This document shows, in pieces, positions 40,181 through 50,472 of a stretch of 64,000 nt of DNA (position 1 is the first letter of the stretch; each line of letters begins with the position of its first letter). The notes under the pieces are model-generated. The model was not told the DNA's origin and did not search any database. It was given only the letters and a program-made list of their open reading frames with translations. The stretch is from a virus. The translations under genes were made by a program, and so were the position numbers. The stretch lies in IMG/VR virus record IMGVR_UViG_3300026518_000008, positions 1 through 64,000 of that record; one strand, given 5' to 3'.

Positions 40181-40978
40181 ATGAATAAACCAGTTGCAAT
40201 ATATAAACGCAGTGGAGAACCATGGACAGAGATAGAGGCAGAGATTGTTACCAGAAAATATGGCAGTAATGGTCAGATAGAAATCAGAGATTGGGGGCAT
40301 ATAGATCCAGAAGAAAAATACATGTATGTAGATGAAGATGGATTAATTGCATCATGGGATTATACTAACAATATAACTACAGAGGAATATGATATTAAAT
40401 CTTTTGAGGATGAGTTGCATCTCCCTGGTTCTGAGACAGCTAGCAATTATGTTACATCAGAAATTATTGACGCAAGGGATATCCCAGAGCATTCAGTGGT
40501 TTTATGCAATGAAAACAATTCTAATCAATTCATCTCAGGTAGACTTTATGTTACTAGAAATTCTACATCAAAAGATATAGTGAGGATTGAACTTGATAGT
40601 ATTGGAGCTTATCTAAATGGATGGGGTCTCAACAAATTTAGACTTGTTAAGACTAGACCAAGTGATACTATATCGTCTGGAGATAGAGTTATATGCAAGA
40701 GAAATATTGGTTCGTTACGATATGGAGATATATTTACAGTAATGTCTGTTTCTGATACAGATTGCATACATCCTTTCGCAGCAGAGTGCAATTTCAGCAA
40801 TTATTCACCAAACAGTAGCGAAAGTTGGCATGTAAATAATTTTAGAGCTTTAGTGTATACTGACGATACAGTAGAGCATATAGGACAAAATTCAGATATA
40901 GACACAGAATATATTCCACCTGTGAAACCACTATATAAATTACAGAAAAGACGAGAGTCTATATTCTATAAAGGATAA
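40181..40978 (+). CDS. hypothetical protein, paralog family A
   Basis: 265 aa, AAGGA RBS. Confidence 0.65.
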   Translation: MNKPVAIYKRSGEPWTEIEAEIVTRKYGSNGQIEIRDWGHIDPEEKYMYVDEDGLIASWDYTNNITTEEYDIKSFEDELHLPGSETASNYVTSEIIDARDIPEHSVVLCNENNSNQFISGRLYVTRNSTSKDIVRIELDSIGAYLNGWGLNKFRLVKTRPSDTISSGDRVICKRNIGSLRYGDIFTVMSVSDTDCIHPFAAECNFSNYSPNSSESWHVNNFRALVYTDDTVEHIGQNSDIDTEYIPPVKPLYKLQKRRESIFYKG

Positions 40979-41372
40979 AATATGCAACACTTAGCTACAA
41001 TTACATCCATTTCAGACAAAACAGTAACACTTATATATCATTACGGAGGACTTGACTATACAGTTATGACTCCCAGATTTTTCTGGAAGAAGTCTTCATT
41101 AAGTGTTGGCGAGGAACTTGAACTTTTCATTGGAATGCCAAATCAATTTACGAAAGGATAGCATTATGAATTCACAAATTTCAAACCTCAGATCAGCTTT
41201 ACTATGTATTGGATATACTTCCAGACAGGTAGATTTAATTGCTAGAGGAGTGAGGGTTTCTACTCTCAGTACAGGAATTGACAAGCCAGAGGATGGACAG
41301 TATTTATCTATCTCAGAACCAGAGTCGTAGGACTACCTACTCACATATAACATTATTATACAGGACATTATT

Positions 41373-41678
41373 ATGACACGCAATTCATTATTTACATTAG
41401 CAGGACTATCTACAGTTATGGGATCAGTTGGAGACATACTTATGCCTTCGAATTCTCCACTCACACAGGATTCAGCTTCAGCTCTATCAGAGTCACAGCA
41501 GAGACATCTTGACTAGGTCAATGCTTCTCGTTCACAGAGACAGATGAGACTCGATAGAGGACATCATACAATTGCTATTGGAGAACGACGCTTGTTTCGC
41601 AACAAACAAAGAGCATTCAAAGCTTCGAATCGTTATTGTAATAACATTGGATCAGATGGCAGTATCGTTTATACTTAG
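41373..41678 (+). pseudogene. small ORF interrupted by one in-frame TAG
   Basis: AGGA RBS, 47 codons, TAG at 41514-41516, then 53 more open codons. Confidence 0.4.
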
Positions 41679-41977
41679 ATATTATTGCAGTGCAAAACAT
41701 CACCGGACTAGAGTGATGGTGTCTTTTTATGACGTCCTTTTAACTCATCACAGGAGCTATGTTCCTACATAGTACACACATAGTTCACTACTCCAGAGTT
41801 GTTAGATGTTTAGTTGAATGGATGGCCTGAATCACCCAGCTGCAGCCAAACTCGTTTAATTCCCAGATTAATTATGATCTGGGGACTTTATACATAAATT
41901 CGGTTATTTATGTATCTGATCATATATTGGAGCTATCTTTGCAGATGGTTCTCATATATTATTACAGGAGATTTATT

Positions 41978-42232
41978 ATGAATATTTATTTATGCTCACA
42001 GGATGAGAATTGTGATTATGATACTTACGACAGCTTTGTTTGTTATGCAGAAACAGAGGAGGAAGCCCGGAACCTATATCCTACTAGTCCTGATTACAAT
42101 ACAGAGCCAGAGTGGGATAAAATACCTTATCACTGGGCATCGACACCAGATAATGTTACAGTGAAATTATTTGGCACAGCACTCCCTGGTTCTGAAGCAG
42201 GAGTTATATGTTCATCATTTAACGCAGGGTAG
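41978..42232 (+). CDS. hypothetical phage protein
   Basis: YDTYDSFVCYAETEEEAR...VICSSFNAG, AGGAG RBS. Confidence 0.7.
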   Translation: MNIYLCSQDENCDYDTYDSFVCYAETEEEARNLYPTSPDYNTEPEWDKIPYHWASTPDNVTVKLFGTALPGSEAGVICSSFNAG

Positions 42233-42477
42233 CTACCATGCCTTTGATTTTGAACGAGAATATTATACTTATATAAAGGAGAAACATATGACAGATACAA
42301 TTGAAATCGTAGTTATGATAGGAGTTCTTGGTAACTTCATAGTTCAAATATATGACATAATTTGGTGCAGACATCACGATTGCGGAAGCAAAAACGATTA
42401 ATTATGATATAGTACAAATTAGATTTATTTAAGGAATTATTATAGAGAACATAATAACTGAAAATGAAAATACATTT

Positions 42478-42798
42478 GTGTTAGTAGAAGAATTTGCAAA
42501 ACGAGAGAAACAAGTATATCCTTCATCAGTAACATATAGAACATACGATAAATACCAGTGCACAAATTTCGGAAACGAAACTTTTATACGAAGAGATATA
42601 AAAGGAAAAAGAAAACACTGTAGGTGTCAAAATACATTTACAGGAAACGAAAGATTATATTTCATATGGAGAAGTATGATGCAGAGATGCGAAAATGAAA
42701 AACATCAATCATATGAAAACTATGGAGGAAGAGGTATTTCAGTAGATGAAGATAGCTGGAAAAACTTTAAAATCTTTAAAAAATGGTCACTAAAATAG
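42478..42798 (+). pseudogene. truncated HNH-type homing endonuclease
   Basis: RLYFIWRSMMQRCEN...YGGRGISV...W..F..F..W then stop before the DRID/HNH core. Confidence 0.65.
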
Positions 42799-42969
42799 AA
42801 ACAACAAACAATAGGTAATATGACATGGCAAATCTATATATTATCAATCAGTTTACTGTTTTATTTATATTCATTGTAGCTGTTACAAGTATTTGAATAT
42901 ATATTAATCATTATATAGATGTTCTAATATATAAAATCGTTAGAAAGACAATTAAAAAGGACAATAACT

Positions 42970-43809
42970 ATGAAGCAAATAGTAATAGATGAAAATTACG
43001 AAGGTGTAATATATAAGGGACATTGGTTTGAATTTGATGGAGATTTAATAATTGATGGTAATGTGATAATAAAAATAAATCTTCAAATAAATGGTAATCA
43101 AACAATAAATGGTAATCAGACAGTACATGGTAATCAAACGATTAAAGGCAACCAAACTATTAAGGGAAACCAAATAGTAAATGGTGATCAAACGGTTGAA
43201 AAAACTCAAGCAGTTAGAGGTAATCAAACGGTAAACGGAAATCAAATAGTTTATGGCTATCAAACAGTTGATGGCTATCAAATAATTCGAGGTTATCAAA
43301 CAGTTAAAAGTAACCAAATAATTAAAGGGTACCAAACAGTTAGTAATGATCAAATAGTAAACGATAGTCAAAGGGTTGAAAGAATCCAAATAGTAAATGG
43401 TAACCAAATAGTAAATGGTTATCAGACAGTTGGATTAAATCAAACAGTTCGAGGCAACCAAACAGTTGAGAGAGATCAAATAGTTAGAGGTCATCAATTC
43501 GTAACTGGTTACCAAATAGTAGACGGTAGTCAAATAGTTATAGGTGATCAAGTAGTAAATGGTGAAATGAAAATTTTAGGTATTAAAACTGCATTCTCTT
43601 TATCGTTAATGCAAGACAAATATCAACTACACTTTATGAGTAATTTAATAAAAATTGGTTGTAAAGAACAATCACCAAAAGAATGGGAAAATTTTACAGA
43701 TGAAGATATAGCAATAATGGATGAGGGTGCTTTAGATTGGTGGAAAAAATGGAAAACATTTGTATTAGTTACTCATAAAGAGTTAGTTAATGTATATAAG
43801 ACTAAGTAG
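42970..43809 (+). CDS. hexapeptide-repeat (beta-solenoid) protein
   Basis: about 27 xGxQx(V/I) units; C-terminal IGCKEQSPKEW...MDEGALDWW domain. Confidence 0.75.
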   Translation: MKQIVIDENYEGVIYKGHWFEFDGDLIIDGNVIIKINLQINGNQTINGNQTVHGNQTIKGNQTIKGNQIVNGDQTVEKTQAVRGNQTVNGNQIVYGYQTVDGYQIIRGYQTVKSNQIIKGYQTVSNDQIVNDSQRVERIQIVNGNQIVNGYQTVGLNQTVRGNQTVERDQIVRGHQFVTGYQIVDGSQIVIGDQVVNGEMKILGIKTAFSLSLMQDKYQLHFMSNLIKIGCKEQSPKEWENFTDEDIAIMDEGALDWWKKWKTFVLVTHKELVNVYKTK

Positions 43810-43894
43810 ACTAGATGATTAGAAATACTATATGTATTTTATATGCATATAATAACGACAATGAACAATGGTTATATTGAAAAGGAGATACAAA

Positions 43895-45256
43895 ATGAGT
43901 AAATACTTATACGGAGACAATAGCAACATAATAGAGGGTAGTGTAGTAGAGTGCTTAATAGACTATGATGACAAATTTACTAAAGGTAAACTATATATAG
44001 TAAAAAGTATTGTGCCTAAACAAGTAACTGATGACAAAGGATGCATAGACGAATTTTGTTCATGGGATCATTTTAAACTAGTGCAAACAGCACCTGGTTC
44101 TGAAGTAAAACCAGATGATGATTATATAGAAATAAATAGTCTAAAGATTTTACAGGTATACAAAATGTATGATGAGTGGGTCACAGGAAATAGTGTACAT
44201 GGAAAAGGGCCAGCAGAATATCATGAACGTAAAAACATTATCAAGCTATTAAAACAACAATCACAAACTAAACGCACTGAATTCATAGAATGTAAGATTA
44301 GAGTAACACCTGGTACAGTAGAGGCTATTGCTGCAAAGTTAGATGAATATGGATTATGTAATAAACCTAAATGCAAAATAACTATATCTGACGATGTAGG
44401 AAGTTATTTTATTAATAACACCTACATAGGCTTTAACAGGAACGATAAAGTTGGTGAAAAGTTCTTCGAAGAACATAGATACAAAGAAGTCTATTGGGTA
44501 GATGGTGACTTATCATTTGAAAAACCTTCTATACAATTCACATACCCTATGTGGTTTAAATGGCACAATTCTCCAAAAGTAGTAAAGTTTACATCTATAG
44601 ACTGTTATGAAGTAGTAATACCAGCAGAAGATACATATGCTATGGGAGTTGGAGAGATTGATTCTAACGCGTTGCCTCACACTGAGGACCAATGGGTACA
44701 GGTACCTGAACCGATAGCAGACTATGAGTACCCGTTATGGGTTCGCCATAACACAACTGGTAATATTTATAAGTATGTGCGTTTGCAAACTTGTATATGG
44801 GAATGTTACAACAGTAGATATGAAGGCACAACACCTCATACCAATAACTGCTTTACACAAATACCTGAACCAACTCCTAGCCATATACCGTATGAAGCAC
44901 TACAAGATATTCCAAAGCAAACACCAATAGACTGCGTCTCAGACGCCAACACACCAAACATAAAGGATAACACAATGGAAACACAAATCACAGTAGCTAT
45001 GACAGCTAAAGAGTATGCTAAATATAATAAATCTAACAGTACACCAATTAGAGTCAAAACTGATTTAGAATTAGCTAAGAAACATTTAACGCAATGGTTC
45101 AACGCAAATGGAGCTGCATACCAATCGGCTAGATATCAATCATCTAAATCTGCCGAAAAAGAACTACAGAGACCAGACCGCATAGGATGGACTTATCGCA
45201 CATACACATTATCGGCATCTGAAACTACAGATATACCTACTAAATCATTGATTTAA
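43895..45256 (+). CDS. multidomain hypothetical protein, paralog family A N-terminus
   Basis: AAGGAG RBS; internal repeat YP(M/L)W...PHT...Q(V/I)PEP twice. Confidence 0.65.
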   Translation: MSKYLYGDNSNIIEGSVVECLIDYDDKFTKGKLYIVKSIVPKQVTDDKGCIDEFCSWDHFKLVQTAPGSEVKPDDDYIEINSLKILQVYKMYDEWVTGNSVHGKGPAEYHERKNIIKLLKQQSQTKRTEFIECKIRVTPGTVEAIAAKLDEYGLCNKPKCKITISDDVGSYFINNTYIGFNRNDKVGEKFFEEHRYKEVYWVDGDLSFEKPSIQFTYPMWFKWHNSPKVVKFTSIDCYEVVIPAEDTYAMGVGEIDSNALPHTEDQWVQVPEPIADYEYPLWVRHNTTGNIYKYVRLQTCIWECYNSRYEGTTPHTNNCFTQIPEPTPSHIPYEALQDIPKQTPIDCVSDANTPNIKDNTMETQITVAMTAKEYAKYNKSNSTPIRVKTDLELAKKHLTQWFNANGAAYQSARYQSSKSAEKELQRPDRIGWTYRTYTLSASETTDIPTKSLI

Positions 45257-45266
45257 TGGATATGTC

Positions 45267-45512
45267 ATGTCAGTTGTATCAGAAGAATATTCAGACCTAA
45301 TGCTTGATAGAGCATTTGAGCATAAACTTGAACAACAGGAAGAGAAGTTGCATAATCTTAATATGTCATCTGATAGAGAATATGCTATTGAATATGTAAT
45401 TGATAGATATCAACTTGCAGATTGCAGAGAATCTCTACGGTCAGCTATTGATTATCTTAATTCTTATGGATATGAATTATCGTTGAATGAACTTTTTGAA
45501 GATATATCATGA
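45267..45512 (+). CDS. hypothetical protein
   Basis: 81 aa ORF in operon. Confidence 0.55.
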   Translation: MSVVSEEYSDLMLDRAFEHKLEQQEEKLHNLNMSSDREYAIEYVIDRYQLADCRESLRSAIDYLNSYGYELSLNELFEDIS

Positions 45513-46026
45513 AAAGAAAATCATATATCACAAAAGGTAAAATAATTACTTCCTATATAGACAGAGAGGAGACTTTTGTAGTGATTCGTATACCATCTGG
45601 GAAAATCAATACATATTCTACTCGAACAAATGAAAAAGTTAGAGGTAAACATTATGCTTAGAGATTGGATTATGCTTACTAGCATATGGTTGTTTGGAGT
45701 TGCTGTTGGAACAGCTATGTGGGCTATCATTAATATTGAATATCTCACAAGAATTGCAGTAGATATCTATAAAGGATATTTATAGCAATAATTATATAGA
45801 GGAATATATATGAAAATAGAGATTACTAGAGACTCAGAGACAGCAAAATGGAAATTCATCTACAATGGTGAAACTATAACAGAGCAGAAAACATTATCGA
45901 AGTTGCTTCACAAGGCTCACAAATATATGAAGTCACAAGGATTATAGTATGAACATTTTGTTTTTATTATTACCTATTGTAACAATACTTTTTATAGTAT
46001 TTATTATCGACGATTAGGATGCTATT

Positions 46027-46869
46027 ATGAACACAACACACACACAGACAATAGCAGGAATTGCTTATTCAGAACCAGAGGTATGCTTACTTCATTCAAC
46101 ACCACTTGTGAATGCAGAGATTGCAGCTCGTACTGCTTATGATAGTTTTGACTTATCAGAACATGAACAGGTTAGAGACTTTAATCATTACGCAGTACCG
46201 GATATCCCTGGTTCTAAGTTGTTACATCAGTTATCTCATGTATATTTCCATCATTCTGTATTAGAGCATATATCATTTACATTTGATATTTCCAATACAT
46301 CTCGTGGAGTATTGCAAGAGTTATCTAGACACAGAATTGCTTCTTATACTGTGAGGTCTACTAGATATACGATGAGTAGAATCATTAATCTGTTTCTGGC
46401 TGATATGTTACACAACTATTCAAATACACATCCATCAGATTGGTTCCTCTCCGAGGGACTTAATCTGAAGTTATTTGTTACCTCAGAACCAGAGTACAAT
46501 TTTATTCAACTTACAGATATCTGGCAGAAATTAAAATATCAGTGGACACGAATAGGAGAGGATGCATTCCTTGATCTATCTACTACAAAATCTATTCGTA
46601 TTTCTTACGATGAGTATTCGCACAATCATGATCAATTTTATTCAGCAGCTATTCAGGCAAAACAGAAGAGAAATGTTGGTGACAATTTCAAACACATAGT
46701 AAATGACAATTGGTCTACTGATTTAGTTATGACTATCAACCTCAGATCTCTGAAGAACTTTTTGGAACTTAGAGATTCTGGTGCTGCTTATTTTCAGATG
46801 CAATGGCTAGCAAAAACTATGAAGTCATATATTGATGATAGATATCTATCATTAATTGAGAGGAAATAG
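46027..46869 (+). CDS. thyX: FAD-dependent thymidylate synthase
   Basis: HHSVLEH...SRGVLQELSRHRIASYTVRSTRY (RHRx7S); NLRSLKNFLELR. Confidence 0.95.
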   Translation: MNTTHTQTIAGIAYSEPEVCLLHSTPLVNAEIAARTAYDSFDLSEHEQVRDFNHYAVPDIPGSKLLHQLSHVYFHHSVLEHISFTFDISNTSRGVLQELSRHRIASYTVRSTRYTMSRIINLFLADMLHNYSNTHPSDWFLSEGLNLKLFVTSEPEYNFIQLTDIWQKLKYQWTRIGEDAFLDLSTTKSIRISYDEYSHNHDQFYSAAIQAKQKRNVGDNFKHIVNDNWSTDLVMTINLRSLKNFLELRDSGAAYFQMQWLAKTMKSYIDDRYLSLIERK

Positions 46870-47059
46870 ATATGGAATTTTTAGATCTTGCTATCGCTAT
46901 GTCACTATTTATATCTGGATTCAACTCATCAAGAGTTAATGTGTCTAGTTTTGCCATGGCTATACTTACAGTTGCTTTTGCATTTTCTATGTTTGTTATG
47001 TCTGCATTTTTTGCAGATAAATACATTCACTATATTATTACATTATTAGGAGATTAATT

Positions 47060-47560
47060 ATGATTACACTTACATCAGAGAACATCGAACTGTTAGAACA
47101 TATATTGAACGAAGGACAAGTCACAGATAATGTCGGAGAGTATCAGAATATAGTATTTGGTACAAGAGTAGACGATACTGGTGATTTTTATCGCATAGAT
47201 ACAGATGAGCTTCTTTCTTTTGATATTTATATGACAGATGACAAGAGACGTATTCTAGAGCTTGAGGCAGAAATTGCACAACTTAAAAGCATACAGGCAT
47301 CAGTATGCTCTTCAGAGAACAGAAAAACACATATTCGACCTCAAGGTACACATCTGAAATCAGACGAGGTATTGCAAATTGAGATGGATATGACGTCTGG
47401 AGTAAATAACAGATATATTGCTATTTCATATGGAATATCCGAGGCTACTGCATCTATTATTCGTAACGGGAAACACAAATTTTCTACATTTGGATTCAAT
47501 ATGGCTCAGAAAATTATGACACCCAGAAAATCTTCAGAGAAGAGTTCAGATGAGCAGTAA
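47060..47560 (+). CDS. HTH DNA-binding protein
   Basis: NRYIAISYGISEATASIIRNG C-terminal HTH. Confidence 0.6.
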   Translation: MITLTSENIELLEHILNEGQVTDNVGEYQNIVFGTRVDDTGDFYRIDTDELLSFDIYMTDDKRRILELEAEIAQLKSIQASVCSSENRKTHIRPQGTHLKSDEVLQIEMDMTSGVNNRYIAISYGISEATASIIRNGKHKFSTFGFNMAQKIMTPRKSSEKSSDEQ

Positions 47561-47864
47561 AATACCATTACATCCACTTATCACACCAGGTGACAATCAA
47601 CACTATAATACTAGGCTTGATGGACAAAATTCTATTCTAGACTTAGAGTTAGAACTTACAGTTTGCCAGGCTATTGGAGCTTGCCTATGGAACATTCACA
47701 AATACTCCACTAGAACAAAAGGTCAGGATGATGCAGATTCTCGTAAGGCTGACAAATACAAAGAATATCTAGTAGAACTTGATCTGCTTAGTATTGACGG
47801 ACTTGGATCTTGTAGAGTTATAAAAGCTTGGACTTATGCAGGAAAACAATGGAAATATATTTAA
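47550..47864 (+). CDS. DUF3310 (T7 gp1.7-like nucleotide kinase) protein
   Basis: HYN...GAC.WNIHKYSTR.KGQ..D.RKA..Y. Confidence 0.7.
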   Translation: MSSKIPLHPLITPGDNQHYNTRLDGQNSILDLELELTVCQAIGACLWNIHKYSTRTKGQDDADSRKADKYKEYLVELDLLSIDGLGSCRVIKAWTYAGKQWKYI

Positions 47865-47875
47865 AGGAACATTAC

Positions 47876-48304
47876 ATGAGAGTTATTATTAACAACGAAC
47901 ATTCAGATAGCGAGATACTACCACCAGAACTGGAGAGTATCATAGGATTTCAATTCGGTGAGGAAGTAAATATCCCAGTTGCTACATATAACGCTATTTT
48001 CAATCTTACATTTACGAATTCAGCTGGAATGCAACAGAACAGATTTAAAATCATAGTTATATCTATGGATGAATCACCAGAGGAAGTTGAGCAGAAGGCA
48101 GAGATAGATGCTGTAACTGCAGCTCAAGAGGAAGAGTTTGAACAGATTGTATTAACTCTTGACAAATATGAGGCACTTCTATCAGGAGTTGCTACAGCTC
48201 ATGCAAAACATGGTATCAGTACAGATTCTGCACCAAATTCTGCTATTGCATTATTTCTTCATCTAAATTCACCAGAGTTTACTACCTCAGAACCAGAGGA
48301 ATAG
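47876..48304 (+). CDS. hypothetical protein
   Basis: AAGGA RBS before MRVIIN. Confidence 0.6.
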   Translation: MRVIINNEHSDSEILPPELESIIGFQFGEEVNIPVATYNAIFNLTFTNSAGMQQNRFKIIVISMDESPEEVEQKAEIDAVTAAQEEEFEQIVLTLDKYEALLSGVATAHAKHGISTDSAPNSAIALFLHLNSPEFTTSEPEE

Positions 48305-48307
48305 GAC

Positions 48308-48526
48308 ATGGACTTAATTGATAAAATTCAGGCTAGACGAGATGCGAATGAGATGGACTTTGGATCTAAACCAAAGGCTAAACGTAAATCTCCTATTAAA
48401 ATGGGAGCACAGCATGCTGCTAAGGTAACAGCTGTTAGAGCCGTCAGAGATGCGTTCGGACCTGGAATTGTTTCTGGTATACTTTCACTTCTTGTTAGAG
48501 ATCAGATTACTAAGATAGGAAAATAG
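48308..48526 (+). CDS. hypothetical protein
   Basis: 72 aa. Confidence 0.55.
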   Translation: MDLIDKIQARRDANEMDFGSKPKAKRKSPIKMGAQHAAKVTAVRAVRDAFGPGIVSGILSLLVRDQITKIGK

Positions 48527-48795
48527 CACACTCCTGGTTCTGATGGGTTGCAGTAGAAGGCTGTAATTAAATAGCGTCGCCGACTTAATCGGCGGAGCAC
48601 CTTGCCCACACTATGTGAGAGATGAGTTATAAGACAGGAATAAAACCGCCTGCAGCTATAAGGTTCTTAGAAGTTAGCTTATTAAAGTGTAACCGGTCCA
48701 CTTGTCTCTCATCGCCTGATTCATTTTGCAAAACGCATCACAGTCCCGTCCTATATGGACTCACATTATATACATACATCTTGAAAGGATATAAT

Positions 48796-49167
48796 ATGTT
48801 AAAAGTGAACGAAACACTTAGCATCATGGTTGATGCAAACAAAGACGCTGGAGTTGATTCAGCAAAAATTATCGCAGGGAATATCCTTAACGATAGAGTG
48901 AATACGATTCTTATGAAAAACCTTCCTACTGGCATTAAACTTGTAGCAGGCTCATATCTTGAATCTAATGTAGGTAAAGCGATTGTTGCTAACACCGTTG
49001 CTGGATTACTTATCCACACTATGCCAGAGAATGAGAAAGTTGCTATTGCCGCTGAGGCGATGATTAAATCTGCATCATTAGCACTTGCTAGTTCTTTCAA
49101 CATCGAAGAAATGATCAACGAGCTTCTTGACGGAGTTCCAGGTCTTACACCAGCTGCAGAGTTATAG
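48796..49167 (+). CDS. hypothetical Ala-rich helical protein
   Basis: AAGGA RBS before MLKVNE. Confidence 0.7.
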   Translation: MLKVNETLSIMVDANKDAGVDSAKIIAGNILNDRVNTILMKNLPTGIKLVAGSYLESNVGKAIVANTVAGLLIHTMPENEKVAIAAEAMIKSASLALASSFNIEEMINELLDGVPGLTPAAEL

Positions 49168-49304
49168 TCATGACTCTCGCAGAACGTCTAGCCGCGAAAC
49201 AGGCTGAAGCAAAAGCATCAGGTTCAACAGAGATCAAAGTCGTTAAGACTACTTCACTGAAGAATAATTCAGAATCAGGTAAATAGCTTTATCTATTTAT
49301 ATAG

Positions 49305-49332
49305 ACCTAGGGTTCTTCCCTGGGTTATTTTA
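49305..49332 (+). terminator. intrinsic terminator
   Basis: ACCTAGGG-TTCTT-CCCTGGGT then T tract. Confidence 0.65.
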
Positions 49333-49407
49333 TTCCACACTATTTTTATATATCAACTGATGTATTTATTTATTAATATATCATTTTTTATATCAAAGGA
49401 CACATAT

Positions 49408-50472
49408 ATGTATTTAGTAAAATACTTTAAAGATGAGATAAGACGCAGATATTTTGTTGATAGTAATAACAATTATGCTGCAAATATGATAGTTGATGAG
49501 AGATGTATAGTTTCTACATTATATAGTAGAGATATGGTTCAAAGAGATCACTATGTTATATCAGAATGGTTTTCTAATAAATATGGAATTAGACAACTTC
49601 CATTCAAATTTATGCTTCAGACATTGAATATCAGTGATAAAAAACTAAAATCCCTGGTTCTTGCAGTGAAACGAAAAAGACTAGAATTTGTTTTTGCAGG
49701 ATTTGGAGGAACTGGTATGAATACTGCATATTGGTTACAGAAAATTCTTGACCATACAGGAGATGTATACTTATTTAATAGCGTACATGTTTACGATGAT
49801 GACGAGATTGAATTTTCAAATCTTTTTAGATTTCCACAGGATTTATCGTCATGTACAGAGAACAAGAAAGCATTTATGTATACTAATAAAAACTCACTTG
49901 GTAGAAAGTATTATAAAGTAGCAGATACAATTAAATTTGTAAATCCATCTATTGAATATAGATTTGCTAATGTAGAATTATTTGAACACACAGACTATAC
50001 ACATAGACTTTCGTTTGCAGACGATACTATTGTGTATGGAGCACCAGATCTTGCTACTCGAAAAGATGTTTCTCTTACTAATTGTAGATTCATAGCAGCT
50101 ACTCATGGGGGAAATTCTTGCTCTATGACAGTACAGCCAGACATTGATGAGAACTTACAGACAGAGGGATATGGTGTAATACACTTGAACACATTTTTCT
50201 GGAATCAACTCGCTATGGCTATTGGACTTTTAGAGTTCCTTGCGGAGGACGATATTCAACAGATAGAGACTACTGATATTAATTCAGATGGGACTCCTGT
50301 AATGAACCTTGATGGTACTACTTCTACAATACTTGCAGATGTGTCTAAATGGGATCAGGAAGGGCAAATATTTAAGTTCAGCTTTGAGGATTTTGTTGAC
50401 TCTGGTTCATTTGGTAAAGCTTCCAGAATTCTTGATTTTAATATTACTAAAGACAATGGAGGACGAGTATGA
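49408..50472 (+). CDS. ThiF/E1-like adenylyltransferase
   Basis: AGFGGTG, YDDDEIEFSNLFR, IVYGAPDLATR. Confidence 0.8.
   Translation: MYLVKYFKDEIRRRYFVDSNNNYAANMIVDERCIVSTLYSRDMVQRDHYVISEWFSNKYGIRQLPFKFMLQTLNISDKKLKSLVLAVKRKRLEFVFAGFGGTGMNTAYWLQKILDHTGDVYLFNSVHVYDDDEIEFSNLFRFPQDLSSCTENKKAFMYTNKNSLGRKYYKVADTIKFVNPSIEYRFANVELFEHTDYTHRLSFADDTIVYGAPDLATRKDVSLTNCRFIAATHGGNSCSMTVQPDIDENLQTEGYGVIHLNTFFWNQLAMAIGLLEFLAEDDIQQIETTDINSDGTPVMNLDGTTSTILADVSKWDQEGQIFKFSFEDFVDSGSFGKASRILDFNITKDNGGRV

Noticed and set aside
43087-43565. CRISPR or non-coding tandem repeat
   Set aside because: 18-bp units are in frame and vary at synonymous sites: a coding hexapeptide repeat
48630-48710. Cobalamin riboswitch (GCCTGCAGCTATAA resembles the conserved core)
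   Set aside because: Other conserved elements (GGGAA, B12 box) are missing and the downstream gene is unrelated
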